Of a DNA stretch of 64,000 bases, positions 14,485 through 26,619 are shown in pieces. Each line of letters begins with the position of its first letter. Within the stretch, counting starts at the first letter, position 1. The stretch covers positions 15,872,001 to 15,936,000 of the forward strand of contig OZ024746.1 of assembly GCA_964016885.1 (NCBI GenBank), written 5' to 3'. The notes beneath the pieces were generated by a model that had not been told where the DNA came from, made no database searches, and saw only the letters and a list, made by a program, of their open reading frames with translations. The position numbers were made by a program, and so were the translations under genes. The stretch is from Eledone cirrhosa. Lineage: Eukaryota.

Positions 14485-15700
14485 GAGAGCACCCAGGTTT
14501 AATTTAAAGAATCACAAACCAGATTTCAATAGCAACCTGGCCATTAATTAGTCCCTCCACGTTAGACATAGGTAGAATAAACCACAGTCAGATAATAGAT
14601 AAACTAATAGAACAAGTGTGGAGGAAGGTAGAGCTATGTTTGTGGGGGAATACCAATGAGGTGATTATATGGTTTGTCTCACAGCTAGATGGCTGTAACT
14701 ATTACTCCTATTACTCATCCATATCTCCTATTCTGCTAAATATGACCCTCATATTAGCTAGGAAAATTACCAAATTAATCCAACAGGAATTAGACTCCAT
14801 TTTAGCCACAGCCACGAGACAGTCATAGAATTTGATGGCTATTACTGAACAAGATAGGGATAGGAACATTAATATAACTATGGCATTGAGCATATTTGAC
14901 CTGGTTATGGATCTAGTGGACTTGTACAGATTAAAGGAGGAATACTCACCTCTAGAGATTATATAGGGATGACACTGTCTACCACCAAGGACACCAGTCA
15001 CCCTGGTTTAGAAAGAAGAAAAGATAATATAGTTTAAGAACATAGGCCTATCAATAACAATTGAAAATAACTCCACCAATGTTAACTTGTTTGATATAAA
15101 CTTAGAATTGAACTCAGGACTGTAGATCTTATCTCAAACCTAACCAGAACTTGAATTATATACCACATGGGGGCCATCATGAACTCAATAATTAGCAGGA
15201 TATTTCTTGTGATTTCTAAACGAGGAACCAAAATAACAGGTACTATAACAAGGCAAGGTGAGGTTATAGGGAAAAGATCACCTATATATCCGTGGAATGA
15301 AAGAAATCCAGACTCCAGGCCCACAACATTATAAGAGCCCCTAAAGGACATGATGGAAGCAAAGAAACTGTCAGATCTGGATTAAGGAGCTGACCAAAGA
15401 TTAGATATAGACATCTAAGTTATGACAATAACACAGAATCTGGAAATAAAGAACAGAAACAAATTGACCTTACACTAAAAAATAAAATAACTCCTAGAAT
15501 AAGGAATATTTTAAATTAAAGTAACAATAATATTGGAAATAGTAACAACAGTTAATACTAATGATGAACTTATATCACCTAAAAGGAGAACTAGATAGAG
15601 AAATGTTAGCTGGTATAATTCTCCACATGAACTACAGGTGTCATCCAACATACCTAAACTATTCTTCAATATTATGAAGAAAACTTCCTCCTACCCTAAT
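14485..15700 (+). mobile_element. Degenerate Penelope-like retroelement reverse transcriptase (Naiad/Neptune-like), with stops and frameshifts
   Basis: Motifs in correct order: LKNHKPDFNSN, DIGRI, WGNTNEVIIWF, YSSISPILL, NITM..DLV.LY, YRDD, FKNIGLSITIENNSTNVNLFDINLEL, YLKPNQNLNYI, RNVSWYNSPH..VSSNIPKLF. Confidence 0.8.
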
Positions 15701-15994
15701 AAACAAGAATATGGTAAAGATTTCTTATCCAAAAATATTTTTTCACACAGTATATATTTTTTCTTATATATTTTTGAGATACTTGTAAGCTCTGATCTTT
15801 GTTATCAGGAGGTTGACACTAAATCATTCTTTTCCTTGCATTAATAGATTTCTTCTCTTTATTGTGCTCTAGCATATATGCTTCTGTTTTATTACATATT
15901 TTTTATTATGTTCTCTTATTTTCATCCTGTATTTCTTTATTTCTTTGACCTGAGTCATTCTTCTCTTTTACAAAGTGGTCATTGTTTTGTTGCC

Positions 15995-16122
15995 ATGATA
16001 AAAAGCACTCAGTCCACATTGTAAATGTAGTTGGCATTAGGAAGAGCATCCAGCCATAGAAACCAAGCCAGAAACATACTCGTGTGGAAAAATGGACATT
16101 AAACGGTGATGATGAGGATGAT
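15995..16122 (+). mobile_element. RTE-tailed 3' UTR/SINE-like fragment with (GAT)n tail
   Basis: TTAGGAAGAGCATCCAGCC core and GGACATTAAACGGTGATGATG tail. Confidence 0.8.
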
Positions 16123-16466
16123 GTGTGTGTGTGAGCTTGTTTATAACTAAAACTACAGCTGCCACTCACAATGAAGTATGACTTGGTAGTATTTATGATG
16201 CTTTCACTAAAGGTTTTATGGGTCATGCAGAAACAAGCTGACACAGATACCTCCTCAATCCTCCCTCCTTTGAGTCAGTGGAAAATCCAGGATGCAGCTA
16301 CTAGGAAAAAAGACGGAACTGCACCTTTATTGGGCTGGTCCTTTCTTTATCAACTCCAAAAGAAGTCAAAGTGGAACCTGTCATGATTAGAACACAGAGA
16401 CAAAGAACAAATATACAGTACTCTAATGAACTCTACCAAATCAACCACCTTGTGTGTGTATATATG

Positions 16467-16529
<63 letters not shown>

Positions 16530-16533
<4 letters not shown>

Positions 16534-16780
16534 ATGGAAAAAAGAAAACAGACAATGAAGTACAATGGAGATATATATTAGTTTCAAGCTTAACACAGTA
16601 GGAAAAGACGTTTCAGACACTAGTCTTTCATCAGAAAATAGAGCGAGAAATTAAAGAAGAAATAGAGGAGAAGGAGCATGTGTAACTATGTTAGAGGGGG
16701 AAGAGAATAGTTAGAGAAACAATGAAAGGTCCAGTGATCCGAAGGAGTGTCCAGGTATATATATAAAACAGAGATGAAGT
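16530..16780 (-). mobile_element. Penelope-pLTR-like fragment with minimal hammerhead motif
   Basis: Minus strand 16634-16607 CTGATGA-A-AGAC-TAGT-GTCT-GAAAC-GTC; homolog at 47583-47790. Confidence 0.6.
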
Positions 16781-16785
16781 TACAT

Positions 16786-17081
16786 CATTTTATTTCTCCT
16801 ACATGTTTCTCTGGTTATGCCTACATACTCATTTTATTTCTCCTACATGTTTCTCTGGTTATGCCTACATACTCATTTTATTTCTCCTACATGTTTCTCT
16901 GGTTATGCCTACATACTCATTTTATTTCTCCTACATGTTTCTCTGGTTATGCCTACATACTCATTTTATTTCTCCTACATGTTTCTCTGGTTATGCCTAC
17001 ATACTCATTTTATTTCTCCTACATGTTTCTCTGGTTATGCCTACATACTCATTTTATTTCTCCTACATGTTTCTCTGGTTA
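16786..17081. repeat. 44-bp tandem repeat, ~6.7 near-identical copies
   Basis: CATTTTATTTCTCCTACATGTTTCTCTGGTTATGCCTACATACT. Confidence 0.97.
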
Positions 17082-17282
17082 TCTCTTTCATACGAGTTAT
17101 GCTGAATTGCATGATTGTGATTTTGATATAACACTACACCAAAGCATGTAAGCATGTTCACTTCCTCATGGAGATTTTACAAATGACATTAGTGATAGCA
17201 ACACTGGTCCTTATATGACTGTCCTATGTATGTGTCGTGTCTGGAAAAATACATTTTTGCATAGATAAAGTATCATTCTCCT

Positions 17283-17568
17283 TATCACCATTTTATGTCT
17301 GCGTTTCCAGGCATGCATGGGTTGAACAGGTCTTTTCCAGCACAGCATCCCTCCATTCCTTAATCATCTCCTCTGTGTAGTTCAACGATTTGAGATCAGC
17401 TCTCACCACCTCTAGCCATGTCTTCCGAAGTCTTCCTCTACTGCAACTTCCTTCCACTGGGATTTCCTGGCACTTCTTTATCTACTGATCATCATACATA
17501 TGCATCACCTGACCATACCATTATAGTTTTCTCTTATGCACATTACATCTGATTCCTCTTATACTCAG
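17283..17568 (-). mobile_element. Degenerate 3' end of RTE LINE
   Basis: Collinear with 32515-32810 (WYG.VM.M, KCQEIPVEG, R.RKTW motifs). Confidence 0.75.
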
Positions 17569-17571
17569 AGT

Positions 17572-17835
17572 GAACCCAGTCTGCCTTGTAAAGTGGTCTT
17601 GTTGATAACATGACAAAAAGCACCCAGTCCAACCGGGTAGTTAGATGTTTTGAGGCTATGCTGTAAATGAGGTTAGTGTTAGGAAGGGCATCCAGCCATA
17701 GAAACCAAACCAAAAACAGTTCTGTATGAGCAAGGCATGGTCATCTGATCTGACTTGACTCACAACAGGACAACTCATTTAACTTATGCTAGCTAGCATG
17801 TAAAATAGACACTAAGAGGTGATGATGATGGTGAT
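17572..17835 (+). mobile_element. RTE extended 3' UTR fragment
   Basis: 48-bp-like modules, TTAGGAAGGGCATCCAGCC core, (GAT)n tail. Confidence 0.8.
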
Positions 17836-18083
17836 ATATACACACACACATATAGTATGCATCTATGTAATGTAGAATCAGCTAGTTTTTGATAACCATT
17901 CCTGTTCATTATTATAAGTGATTTCCAAATTTACCTTTCATCCTGTATTGGCATAGTTTCCTCTTTTGCAAATACCACATCTAATTTCTCTTATACCCAG
18001 GTAATTCCTCTGGAGCATGCTTCTGTTGTGGCTTTTGGGTTTTGCAGATCCACTATGTTCAATGCATGTTTAACTAAGTGAAA

Positions 18084-18195
18084 GTGCATGGCTTAGTGGT
18101 TAGGTAATTGGATTCACACTTGAGGTTGTGAGTTTGATTCCCAGACCGGGTGATGTATTATGTCCTTGAGCAAGACACTTTATTTCGCATGGCTC
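18084..18195 (+). mobile_element. tRNA-derived SINE 5' part with V-domain-like core
   Basis: A box TGGCTTAGTGG, B box GTTTGATTCC, then GTCCTTGAGCAAGACACTTTA. Confidence 0.75.
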
Positions 18196-18265
18196 TTTCA
18201 GCCAGGAGTTGTGACCGTTAGATAGTATCAGCAATGGAAAGACCAATGGAAACATTATTTCCTAG

Positions 18266-18294
18266 GTCCAATTTGATGAGTTCCACCCTACTCG
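18266..18294 (+). CDS. Candidate 29-nt micro-exon
   Basis: TTATTTCCTAG|GTCCAATTTGATGAGTTCCACCCTACTCG|GTAAGC; splice signals only. Confidence 0.25.
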
Positions 18295-18697
18295 GTAAGC
18301 GAATCTTGTTGATTGATTTATACATATATAATATTCACTAACATACATCATACTTTGTATGCAAACATCCTGCAATCTATCTTTTACTTGGAGAAGTAAC
18401 AACTATCTAAAGTTTTCCAGATTTTTCTTTACTTTTTCATCTATTATTCTATTACAATATTCACCTTGACTTCTAATTAGGTCACCCAGGTAAAAAAAAT
18501 GTGTCAACTATTCCTATAGAGCCTTCCAACTATTTCAGAAAATTTATTTCAAGGTTGTTCTTACTGTCAATTTCTCCTGTACAGTACATGTACCACATAT
18601 AAAGTTATTTCCTGTCAGCTTCTCTCTCATCTTACTGCTACTTTTGTACACCACAACAATTTACAGTGGGTACTTTATATTTAATTTCTATCTAATG

Positions 18698-18860
18698 CAT
18701 GTTGAGTATGACCACTCCCTAAATAACAAGTGTCCAGTTGTACCAGTGTCCAAATGTTGAATATGACCACTCCCTAAACATCAGCAGTGTCCACTTCTAC
18801 CAGTGTCCAAATGTTGAGTATGACCACTTTCTAGATGGCAGCAGTGTCCAGTCCTACCTG
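18698..18860. repeat. Degenerate ~55-bp tandem triplication
   Basis: ATGTTGA(G/A)TATGACCACT...AGTGTCCA occurs three times. Confidence 0.8.
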
Positions 18861-19411
18861 TCACTAAAACTTTTGTCTTTGTTAGTCTTACCAGACCCCT
18901 AAGTTGTAAAATAGGAAATATTTTGTTAATACTTTTAAATGAATTAAAACAATTTTCACTTTCACTTAATCCTGTGTTTATATTCAATATGCATGAATTA
19001 GCTAATAAGATATTTACTCAGTTATATTATGAATTATACTATTCATATTGGGCATATATCTGTGCCAAAATATATCCAGATATTCTGCTAGTATATATAT
19101 TAGTTGCTTTTCTTGCACCCAAGGACCAGGTTATGAACTTAAATAGGGAAATAGATTACATCTATCACCCAAATGATTCATAGCTAGATTTGAACTCAGA
19201 ACATATACAGCTGAAGTTCTTCAGTAAAAAAAAAAGTAATAAAAATGCAATTCTAAGTGAAAGAGAAATGAAAGATTGGAGAAAAGGCAAACAAGAGGTG
19301 GAAATAGAAAAGAAAGAGGAGCATCAGAAGTAGTTATTGTTGTTGTTGGACCTTCATCAGTTCTAATGACCTGTGTTCCAGTTGAACAACAAGAACAGCC
19401 TGCTTATAGAA

Positions 19412-19631
19412 TTAACCCTTTAGCATTTACATTACTCTATATTTACTATTGTATTTTCATGGTAAAGGGTTTATCTCACATAATAGCTAATCTACAAGAT
19501 TTTGATATTATTTTTTTTTTTTTAGAACAATATGTTAATGTCAGTATGATCAGCCAGTTATGGCCAGTTTGAACAGAAAGAGGAGAGAGAATTCTGGCCG
19601 GATATGGCCAGTTTAAATGCTAAAGGGTTAA
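19412..19631 (+). mobile_element. piggyBac-type MITE with TTAA target-site duplication
   Basis: TTAA-CCCTTTAGCATTTA ... TAAATGCTAAAGGG-TTAA; second copy at 42062. Confidence 0.85.
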
Positions 19632-20061
19632 ACTTGCGACCAGTGGGCCCTATGACTAAGGCTTTTTTCATTAACTTCTCTTTTTTTCATTCTTTACTTT
19701 CTTCTGAAGGACTTCAAATATCAAATGTCTAGAATTACTTTTTTCACCTTTTTTAAACATTATATTAATAACTTGAATTTTTTTCCAGTCCTGTCTTTTT
19801 TTTTGGGGGGGGGGGGGGGGGTTTGTTTTACTGTTCATCACTTATTGCATGTTTACATGGATCTCCCTCGTTTATCTGGCCAATTTTACCAGGTTGTTGG
19901 AGTCGTTGGAGTACCATAATTCTTGGAATTTGCACCATGGATTATACAATTGGACTACTATCATGGATTATGTCAGATTTTTACTTCTGATTTTCATCAC
20001 AAGTTTTCCACAACACCTCTCGCACCTTTCTCTTCACAGTTTACGGCTCTTTTTACTTTTA

Positions 20062-20400
20062 TCTCTCTTCCCTTCTCTCCACTATCCCCCTTCTCTCCAC
20101 TCTCTTCCTTCTCTTCCCTTCTCTCCACTCTCTTCCTTCTCTTCCCTTCTCTCCACTCTCTTCCTTCTCTTCCCTTCTCTCCACTCTCTCCCTTCTCTTC
20201 CCTTCTCTCCCTTCTCTTCCCTTCTCTCCACTCTCTCCCTTCTCTTCCCTTCTCTCTACTCTCTTCCCTTCTCTCCCTTCTCTCCACTCTCTTCCCTTCT
20301 CTCCACTCTCTTCCCTTCTCTCCACTTCTCTCCACTCTCTCCCCTTCTCTCCACTCTCTCCCTTCTCTTGCTTTCTCTCCACTCTTCCTTTCTCTCCACT
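20062..20400. repeat. CT-rich minisatellite (CTCTTCCCTTCTCTCCACT-like units)
   Basis: Direct inspection. Confidence 0.9.
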
Positions 20401-20709
20401 CTACTGTCACATCAGACTTATTTTTCTTCAACAAAGGTCTAGAAGGACCTTCAACTATGTCAAAGATATGACAACCTTCCCAGTGTTGGTAATTTACAAG
20501 ATAAGCCCACTTGGTGCACATTCTAAATTGGTTGGTGATAGAAACGCATCCAGCCATAGAAAATCTGGAGGATTCTTCAGTTGTTAAAAACATGACAACC
20601 TTCCTAGTCCTTGTGCCAGAATATAATGCACTTGGTAGAATGTGGGAACATTTTGTAAGTGAAATGTGGGACCCCGGCTTGCCCAAGCATTCATCAATGT
20701 GGGAATGTA

Positions 20710-21860
20710 GGTAAATGAGATGCAGCCCTCCAGGCTGTCTGTTGAGTCAGTAGCTCTGCTTGAGTATTGACTTTGATGATCCATAAGAAGCTATGTTAAT
20801 CTCTGCCTCAGATAATTCCTCACCACATCTTCCATCCAGTTGGTCACAACCATCATTACACCACATCTTCCTCTTACTCCGACTCACCTTTCTTTCCATA
20901 ACCATTGTCTCCACCATCTGTACATCATCTCTTGTTTCTGCTAAAACTTCTATGACACCCAGTATTCTTCTCCTATCATAGAATCTACCCTCACCTATTC
21001 CCCTTAAGTGTGTCATTATTCATTCTACACTTTCCTAAACTTGCACCCTAGACAAATTCTACCTCAGGACCATCTGCGTCACTCTCTCTTTGCATCTCAT
21101 CTGTTGTCCAGTCCCTCCTCCCCTTCAATCTCCACCTTAACTGCCTGCTCTTCTATTTTCATACACACACTACAACTCTACTTCCTATTCTGCCCCACTT
21201 CTCCTAACTCCTCTAGCCATATTCCACCCACTTCCCCACACCTCACAGCCACCTACCCTTAACACTCTACCACATAACCCTTATATGTGCACCCTTGGTA
21301 TCTTACTCTCCAAAGTCAAACATTTGCTCCTCAGTATGGAATTTTGGCTTTATACACCTTACACCTTCCTGTGACAAGTTTAGGGCAATTCAGTTCCCTC
21401 AACTTACTTATTAATCTGTACAGTCATGCAGTGAATCATTCTCACTTTCAGATGTGTACTCAACACTTCAACATCACCTGGACCAAGCCCTCACCCCTTC
21501 ACAACCTCGGATGCCAGGATGATGGTAAAAATAAAAAAAAAAGCTGTCCTACAAGAGCAGAGTTGTATGGTTTAGTGGGTTGACCTCTACAAGATGAAGG
21601 CACTCCAACAGCTTCACAACTCTGTTTCCTATAATGTCTTATACTCCGACTGTACATCCTATTGCCAACATGTGCCCTCCATCTCTTACTCCTGCTCTGC
21701 CAACCTTCCTGCACAATCACCATTTATTTCCTGCCTGACATCCACAAACCAAACAACTCTGGCTGTCCTAACTGCCCACCAAACTGATGAACCTTCATCT
21801 GATTCTCTCACCTCTGCTTCTTTCTTACTCCACCTCTGCCTCTTCTCAACTCTTTATAAT
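20710..21860 (-). mobile_element. Possible highly decayed LINE (endonuclease/linker region)
   Basis: Weak motifs only: HVG followed by KLLE, and KRKMWCNDGC resembling the linker WW.DEC. Confidence 0.3.
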
Positions 21861-21911
21861 GGATGTCAAAGTATTCAACACTGTCAAACAACAACGACTT
21901 TTTAACCCCCC

Positions 21912-23420
21912 AACACACCCTCGACCACCACACCACTCTCCAATCCTTCCTTGACCAACACACCCTCGACCACCACACCACTCTCCAACACACCCTCGAC
22001 CACCACACCACTCTCCAACCCATCCTCGACCACCACACCACTCTCCAACATACCCTCGACCACCACACCACTCTCCAACCCTTCCTCGACCACCACACCA
22101 CTCCAACACACCCTCGACCACCACACCACTCTCCAACTCTTCCTCTACCACCACACCACTCTCCAACTCTTCCTCTACCACCACACCACTCCAACACACC
22201 CTCGACCACCACACCACTCTCCAACACACCCTCGACCACCACACCACTCTCCAACTCTTCCTCGACCACCACACCACTCTCCAACACACCCTCGACCACC
22301 ACACCACTCTCCAACACACCCTCGACCACCACACCACTCTCCAACACACCCTCGACCACCACACCACTCTCCAACACACCCTCGACCACCACACCACTCT
22401 CCAACATACCCTCTACCATCACACCACTCTCCAACCCTTCCTCTACCACCACACCACTCTCCAACACACCCTCGACCACCACACCACTCTCCAACTCTTC
22501 CTCTACCACCACACCACTCTCCAACACACCCTCAACCACCACACCACTCTCCAACACACCCTCGACCACCACACCACTCTCCAACACACCCTCAACCACC
22601 ACACCACTCTCCAACACACCCTCGACCACCACACCACTCTCCAACACACCCTCAACCACCACACCACTCTCCAACACACCCTCGACCACCACACCACTCT
22701 CCAACTCTTCCTCGACCACCTCACCACTCTCCAACACACTCTCGACCACCTCACCACTCTCCAACACACCCTCGACCACCACACCACTCTCCAATCCTTC
22801 CATGACCAACACAACCTCGACCACCTCACCGCTCTCCAACACACTCTCGACCACCTCACCACTCTCCAACACACTCTCGACCACCTCACCACTCTCCAAC
22901 ACACCCTCGACCACCACACCACTCTCCAATCCTTCCATGACCAACACAACCTCGACCACCACACCTCTCGACCACCACACCACTCTCCAACCCTTCCTCG
23001 ACCACCACACCACTCTCCAACCCATCCTCGACCACCACACCACTCTCCAACACACCCTCGACCACCACACCACTCTCCAATCCTTCCATGACCAACACAT
23101 CCTCGACCACCTCACCACTCGCCAACTCTTCCTCGACCACCACACCACTCTCCAACACACCCTCTACCATCACACCACTCTCCAACACAACCTCGACCAC
23201 CACACCACTCTCCAACACACCCTCGACCACCACACCACTCTCCAACACACCCTCGACCACCACACCACTCTCCAACACACCCTCGACCACCACACCACTC
23301 TCCAACCCTTCCTCTACCATCACACCACTCTCCAACCCTTCCTCTACCACCACACCGCTCTCCAACCCATCTTCAACCACCACACCACTCTCCAACACTA
23401 CCCTGGCCACCACCCCACTG
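21912..23420. repeat. 30-bp minisatellite, ~50 units
   Basis: CTCGACCACCACACCACTCTCCAACACACC. Confidence 0.97.
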
Positions 23421-24249
23421 TCAGCCATTACCAAACTTTCCTCACTATTAACTGTTTATCTTTCACACACAGTCTCACCAACATATCACTTCTATTGTGG
23501 CTATTACAACAAGGGTCTCAACTACATCACTTTATGTATCAGCTATGTTGATGACCAAGTCTTACAGTTCACTAACTCCACCCCACAGCTATATGGCTAA
23601 CACCTTCCTCCCTCTCACCACCAACTCAACACTGACCCCACCCCCAGAACTATATGGTAACTCTACCTCTCTGCCCCTCTCACCAACTCAATACCTTTAT
23701 TTCTTTTGTGAACTCCTTTCACCTTTCTCTTCAATTTATGTCTGTTGTCTCTAACAACCCTTATCAATTATATTAGATTTTTCCTCCCACTCCAGTGGCT
23801 ACCCACGTCACACTCACCATCTGCACCCTCCACTCTCTCTCTCTCTCTCTCTCTCTCCATTGATTCCTCAAGTCACACTCACACCAGTCACTCCCCAAGT
23901 CACACTCACCATCTCCATCTTCCACACTCACTCCAGTGACTCCTCAAGTCACACTCTCATCCCACAAACCTACCATCTCTCTCTCCTTCCTCAACTTTAC
24001 CTCTTCCCACACCAAATGTCATATTTTACTTCTATACACACACAATCAACTAAGTAAATGAATAGTAACAATACAAATACATCAGACTTGGACTGTGGTC
24101 ATACTTTAAGATATTTTGGGGATCATTTCAATCCCAGTACTTATTTCAATCTAGTATTTTATTGATCGCAGCTAGTGAATGCTAGTGGGAAGAGAGGATA
24201 AAAGGATAAGTCAGGTCACATTCTATGTTGTTCCATAACGCCAGCCCCC

Positions 24250-25321
24250 ACAGTCTTTTGTCATTTCTGTTGTGAGGTTTAGTTTTTTAAGGTCAGTTTT
24301 TACAACCTTGTCCCAAATCTTCTGAGTCTGCCTCTTTCATGGATCCTAGCCATGGTAGGGGGGTGGGGTGTCCTCTCCATTTTGTTATGTAGCTGCTATC
24401 TTCCATATGCATCACATGTCTATATCAGTGCAGTCTTCTCCCTTGCACACTACATCCAATTCCTCTTATATCAAGTTTTTTCTCTCAGCTTATGCTATGT
24501 TACTCATGCACACTAACATTATACATCCATCAAAGTATACCTGACTCATTTCTTGCTAGCCTCTGTAGGTCTTCTGTGGTCAAGGCCCATGTTTAACTAC
24601 CATGTAGCATTGCAGTTCGCACACAGGCATCATACAGTCTATCTTTCACTCTGAGAGAAAAAAACATTTTGTTGTCAGCAGCAGTATTAAATCTCTAAAC
24701 TTCTTCCAGTCTGTTCTCCTGGTTATCACATTTCCGGCATATCCTCCTCCACTGCAAATTTGATCACCTAGATAACAGAAGCTGGCAACTACTTCTAGGG
24801 AGCCTCTCTGGCAACTGAAGGAATCTATTTTATGTGAGCTCATAGTACTTATTTCTCCTTTGCATCTGCCGCATATAAAGTTTATTTTTTCTATTAATTT
24901 GCCTACATCCCACTACATCTGTTGCACATCTTTAAATTACACTGTGTGTACCTTATAGAGTTACTGCCCACCCCTTTCTGACATATTGAACAAGGTCATT
25001 TCCCTGATTGTATCACCTTCCTGTCTTCTTTCCTACTTAACACTTTCGTCTTAGCACTCGGCTCTTCTTCCATGCTTGAAAATTTGCTTCTAATTCTCCT
25101 ACGGATTCAGCTATAAGGACTAGGTCATCAGCATATAGGAGCTCCCATGGAGTGCTAATTCTAAACTCATTGATCACCTAAAGGACAATGATAAACAGGA
25201 GTAGACTGAGGACTGATCCCTGGTGGACCCCTCCTACACTTCAAATTCATCACTGTACTCATTAACAGCTCTCACTCTGCTAGTTGCTCCTCAAGTCTAC
25301 ACCTAGCTTTCAAAGTACCCA

Positions 25322-25322
<1 letters not shown>
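24250..25322 (-). mobile_element. Old, decayed RTE LINE fragment (RT and Cys-finger region)
   Basis: [47 protein letters not shown], with many disruptions. Confidence 0.9.
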
Positions 25323-25386
<64 letters not shown>

Positions 25387-25402
25387 TGTAGAGATGTGTG
25401 TG

Positions 25403-25627
25403 TCATCATCATCATCATCATCATCATCGCCGTTTAACGTCCACTTTCCATGCTAGCATGGGTTAGACGGGTTGTCCCATTTAAGGCAGGTTAGGTCAGG
25501 TGACCGTATCCTTTTTATACAAAACTGTTTCTGGCTAGATTTCTACTGCTGGATGCCCTTCCTAATGCCAACCACATTTACAATGTGTGCTGGGTGCTTT
25601 TTTCTGTGACTCCTACACGACCACTTT
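25403..25627 (-). mobile_element. RTE extended 3' UTR fragment
   Basis: (CAT)n tail, TTTAACGTCC, GGATGCCCTTCCTAA core, one 48-bp module. Confidence 0.85.
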
Positions 25628-25870
25628 ATATATATATATATATAAAAATGAAAATAGAGAAATTAATGTGAGTAAGAAGCCAACAGTAATTCATACGTAT
25701 AAGTGACTATTACGTCAAGATGGAAAATATTTAACGTAAGATATGGGAAAATAATTCAATCCCAATTCAAAAAAAAATCAAGACAGAAATTTTATCCACA
25801 GATTTTGTGTAATCCAGGGAAAAAACCAATAGAATCTTAACTCAGAATAAAATTAAGAGTAAATACTTAT

Positions 25871-25910
<40 letters not shown>

Positions 25911-25994
25911 GAGGTTATATTTAATTTGTTGGGATTCAACAAGCTTAAACATTTTTATAACTGATATAAAGCACTCAACAAGTTAGTGGAGTAA

Positions 25995-26359
25995 ATATAC
26001 AATATATTAATAAATGGAAACTATATTTATAAAACCATAATTATTATATATATTTCAAAGGCGACCAAGGTAAATTATGGTGCGCTTTCATCAGATAAAA
26101 TACAGATTTGTTTTATAAATAAATATTGACATACCAGGAAAAAAGACAACCTCAACGGTTGAAATTCGCTGGAATTCCAGCGAATTTCAACCGTTGAAGT
26201 TGTCTTTTTGCCGGGTATGTCAATATTTATTTATAAAACAAATCTGTATTTTATCTAATGAAAGCGCACCATAATGTACCTTAGTCGCCCTTGAAATATA
26301 TATAATTATATAATTATGGTTTTACAAATATAGTTTCCATTTATTAATATATTGTATAT
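25995..26359. repeat. Spacer-less palindrome with ~180-bp arms, centre 26174/26175
   Basis: ...CAACGGTTGAAATTCGCTGGAA|TTCCAGCGAATTTCAACCGTTG...; arms align with scattered mismatches. Confidence 0.97.
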
Positions 26360-26370
26360 ATATATATATA

Positions 26371-26455
26371 TGAACAGATTCAGGACCCACTCTACTACCC
26401 CAAGTTTCGAGTACTCTGGTGGGTTATCGTCCACCTGGTATTTTACCACACACTT

Positions 26456-26460
<5 letters not shown>
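26371..26460 (+). mobile_element. pLTR-like 3' fragment related to 11215-11290
   Basis: ACCCACTCTACTAC...GAGTACT.TGGTG.GTTAT.GTCCACCTGGT...TTACCACA. Confidence 0.7.
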
Positions 26461-26515
<55 letters not shown>

Positions 26516-26551
26516 ATGTATAATCATTAAATGTTGATTTTTTTTTTCCAG

Positions 26552-26619
26552 CCCTTTCCCACCCACCCCACCACTCAAGAGAAGCTGTAGAAAATGTCCT
26601 GGAACGAGAGAAGAAATAA
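26552..26619 (+). CDS. Candidate terminal coding exon (..LSHPPHHSREAVENVLEREKK*) followed by putative 3' UTR
   Basis: Strong acceptor T10-CCAG at 26551 in unique sequence; phase-compatible with the 18266-18294 candidate. Confidence 0.25.

Noticed and set aside
16170-16377. Minus-strand exon candidate (ACAG|...|GTGAGT)
   Set aside because: All three frames contain stops; at most a non-coding or UTR exon, and unverified.
18084-18150. tRNA gene
   Set aside because: A and B boxes are present but the cloverleaf is degenerate and continues into a SINE core.
19849-20686. 182-229-aa ORFs on both strands
   Set aside because: Their length comes from the CT-rich minisatellite, and the flanks show no recognisable domain.
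21808-23600. Mucin-like gene
   Set aside because: Frame-shifting indels occur within the array, and there is no signal peptide or convincing splice site.
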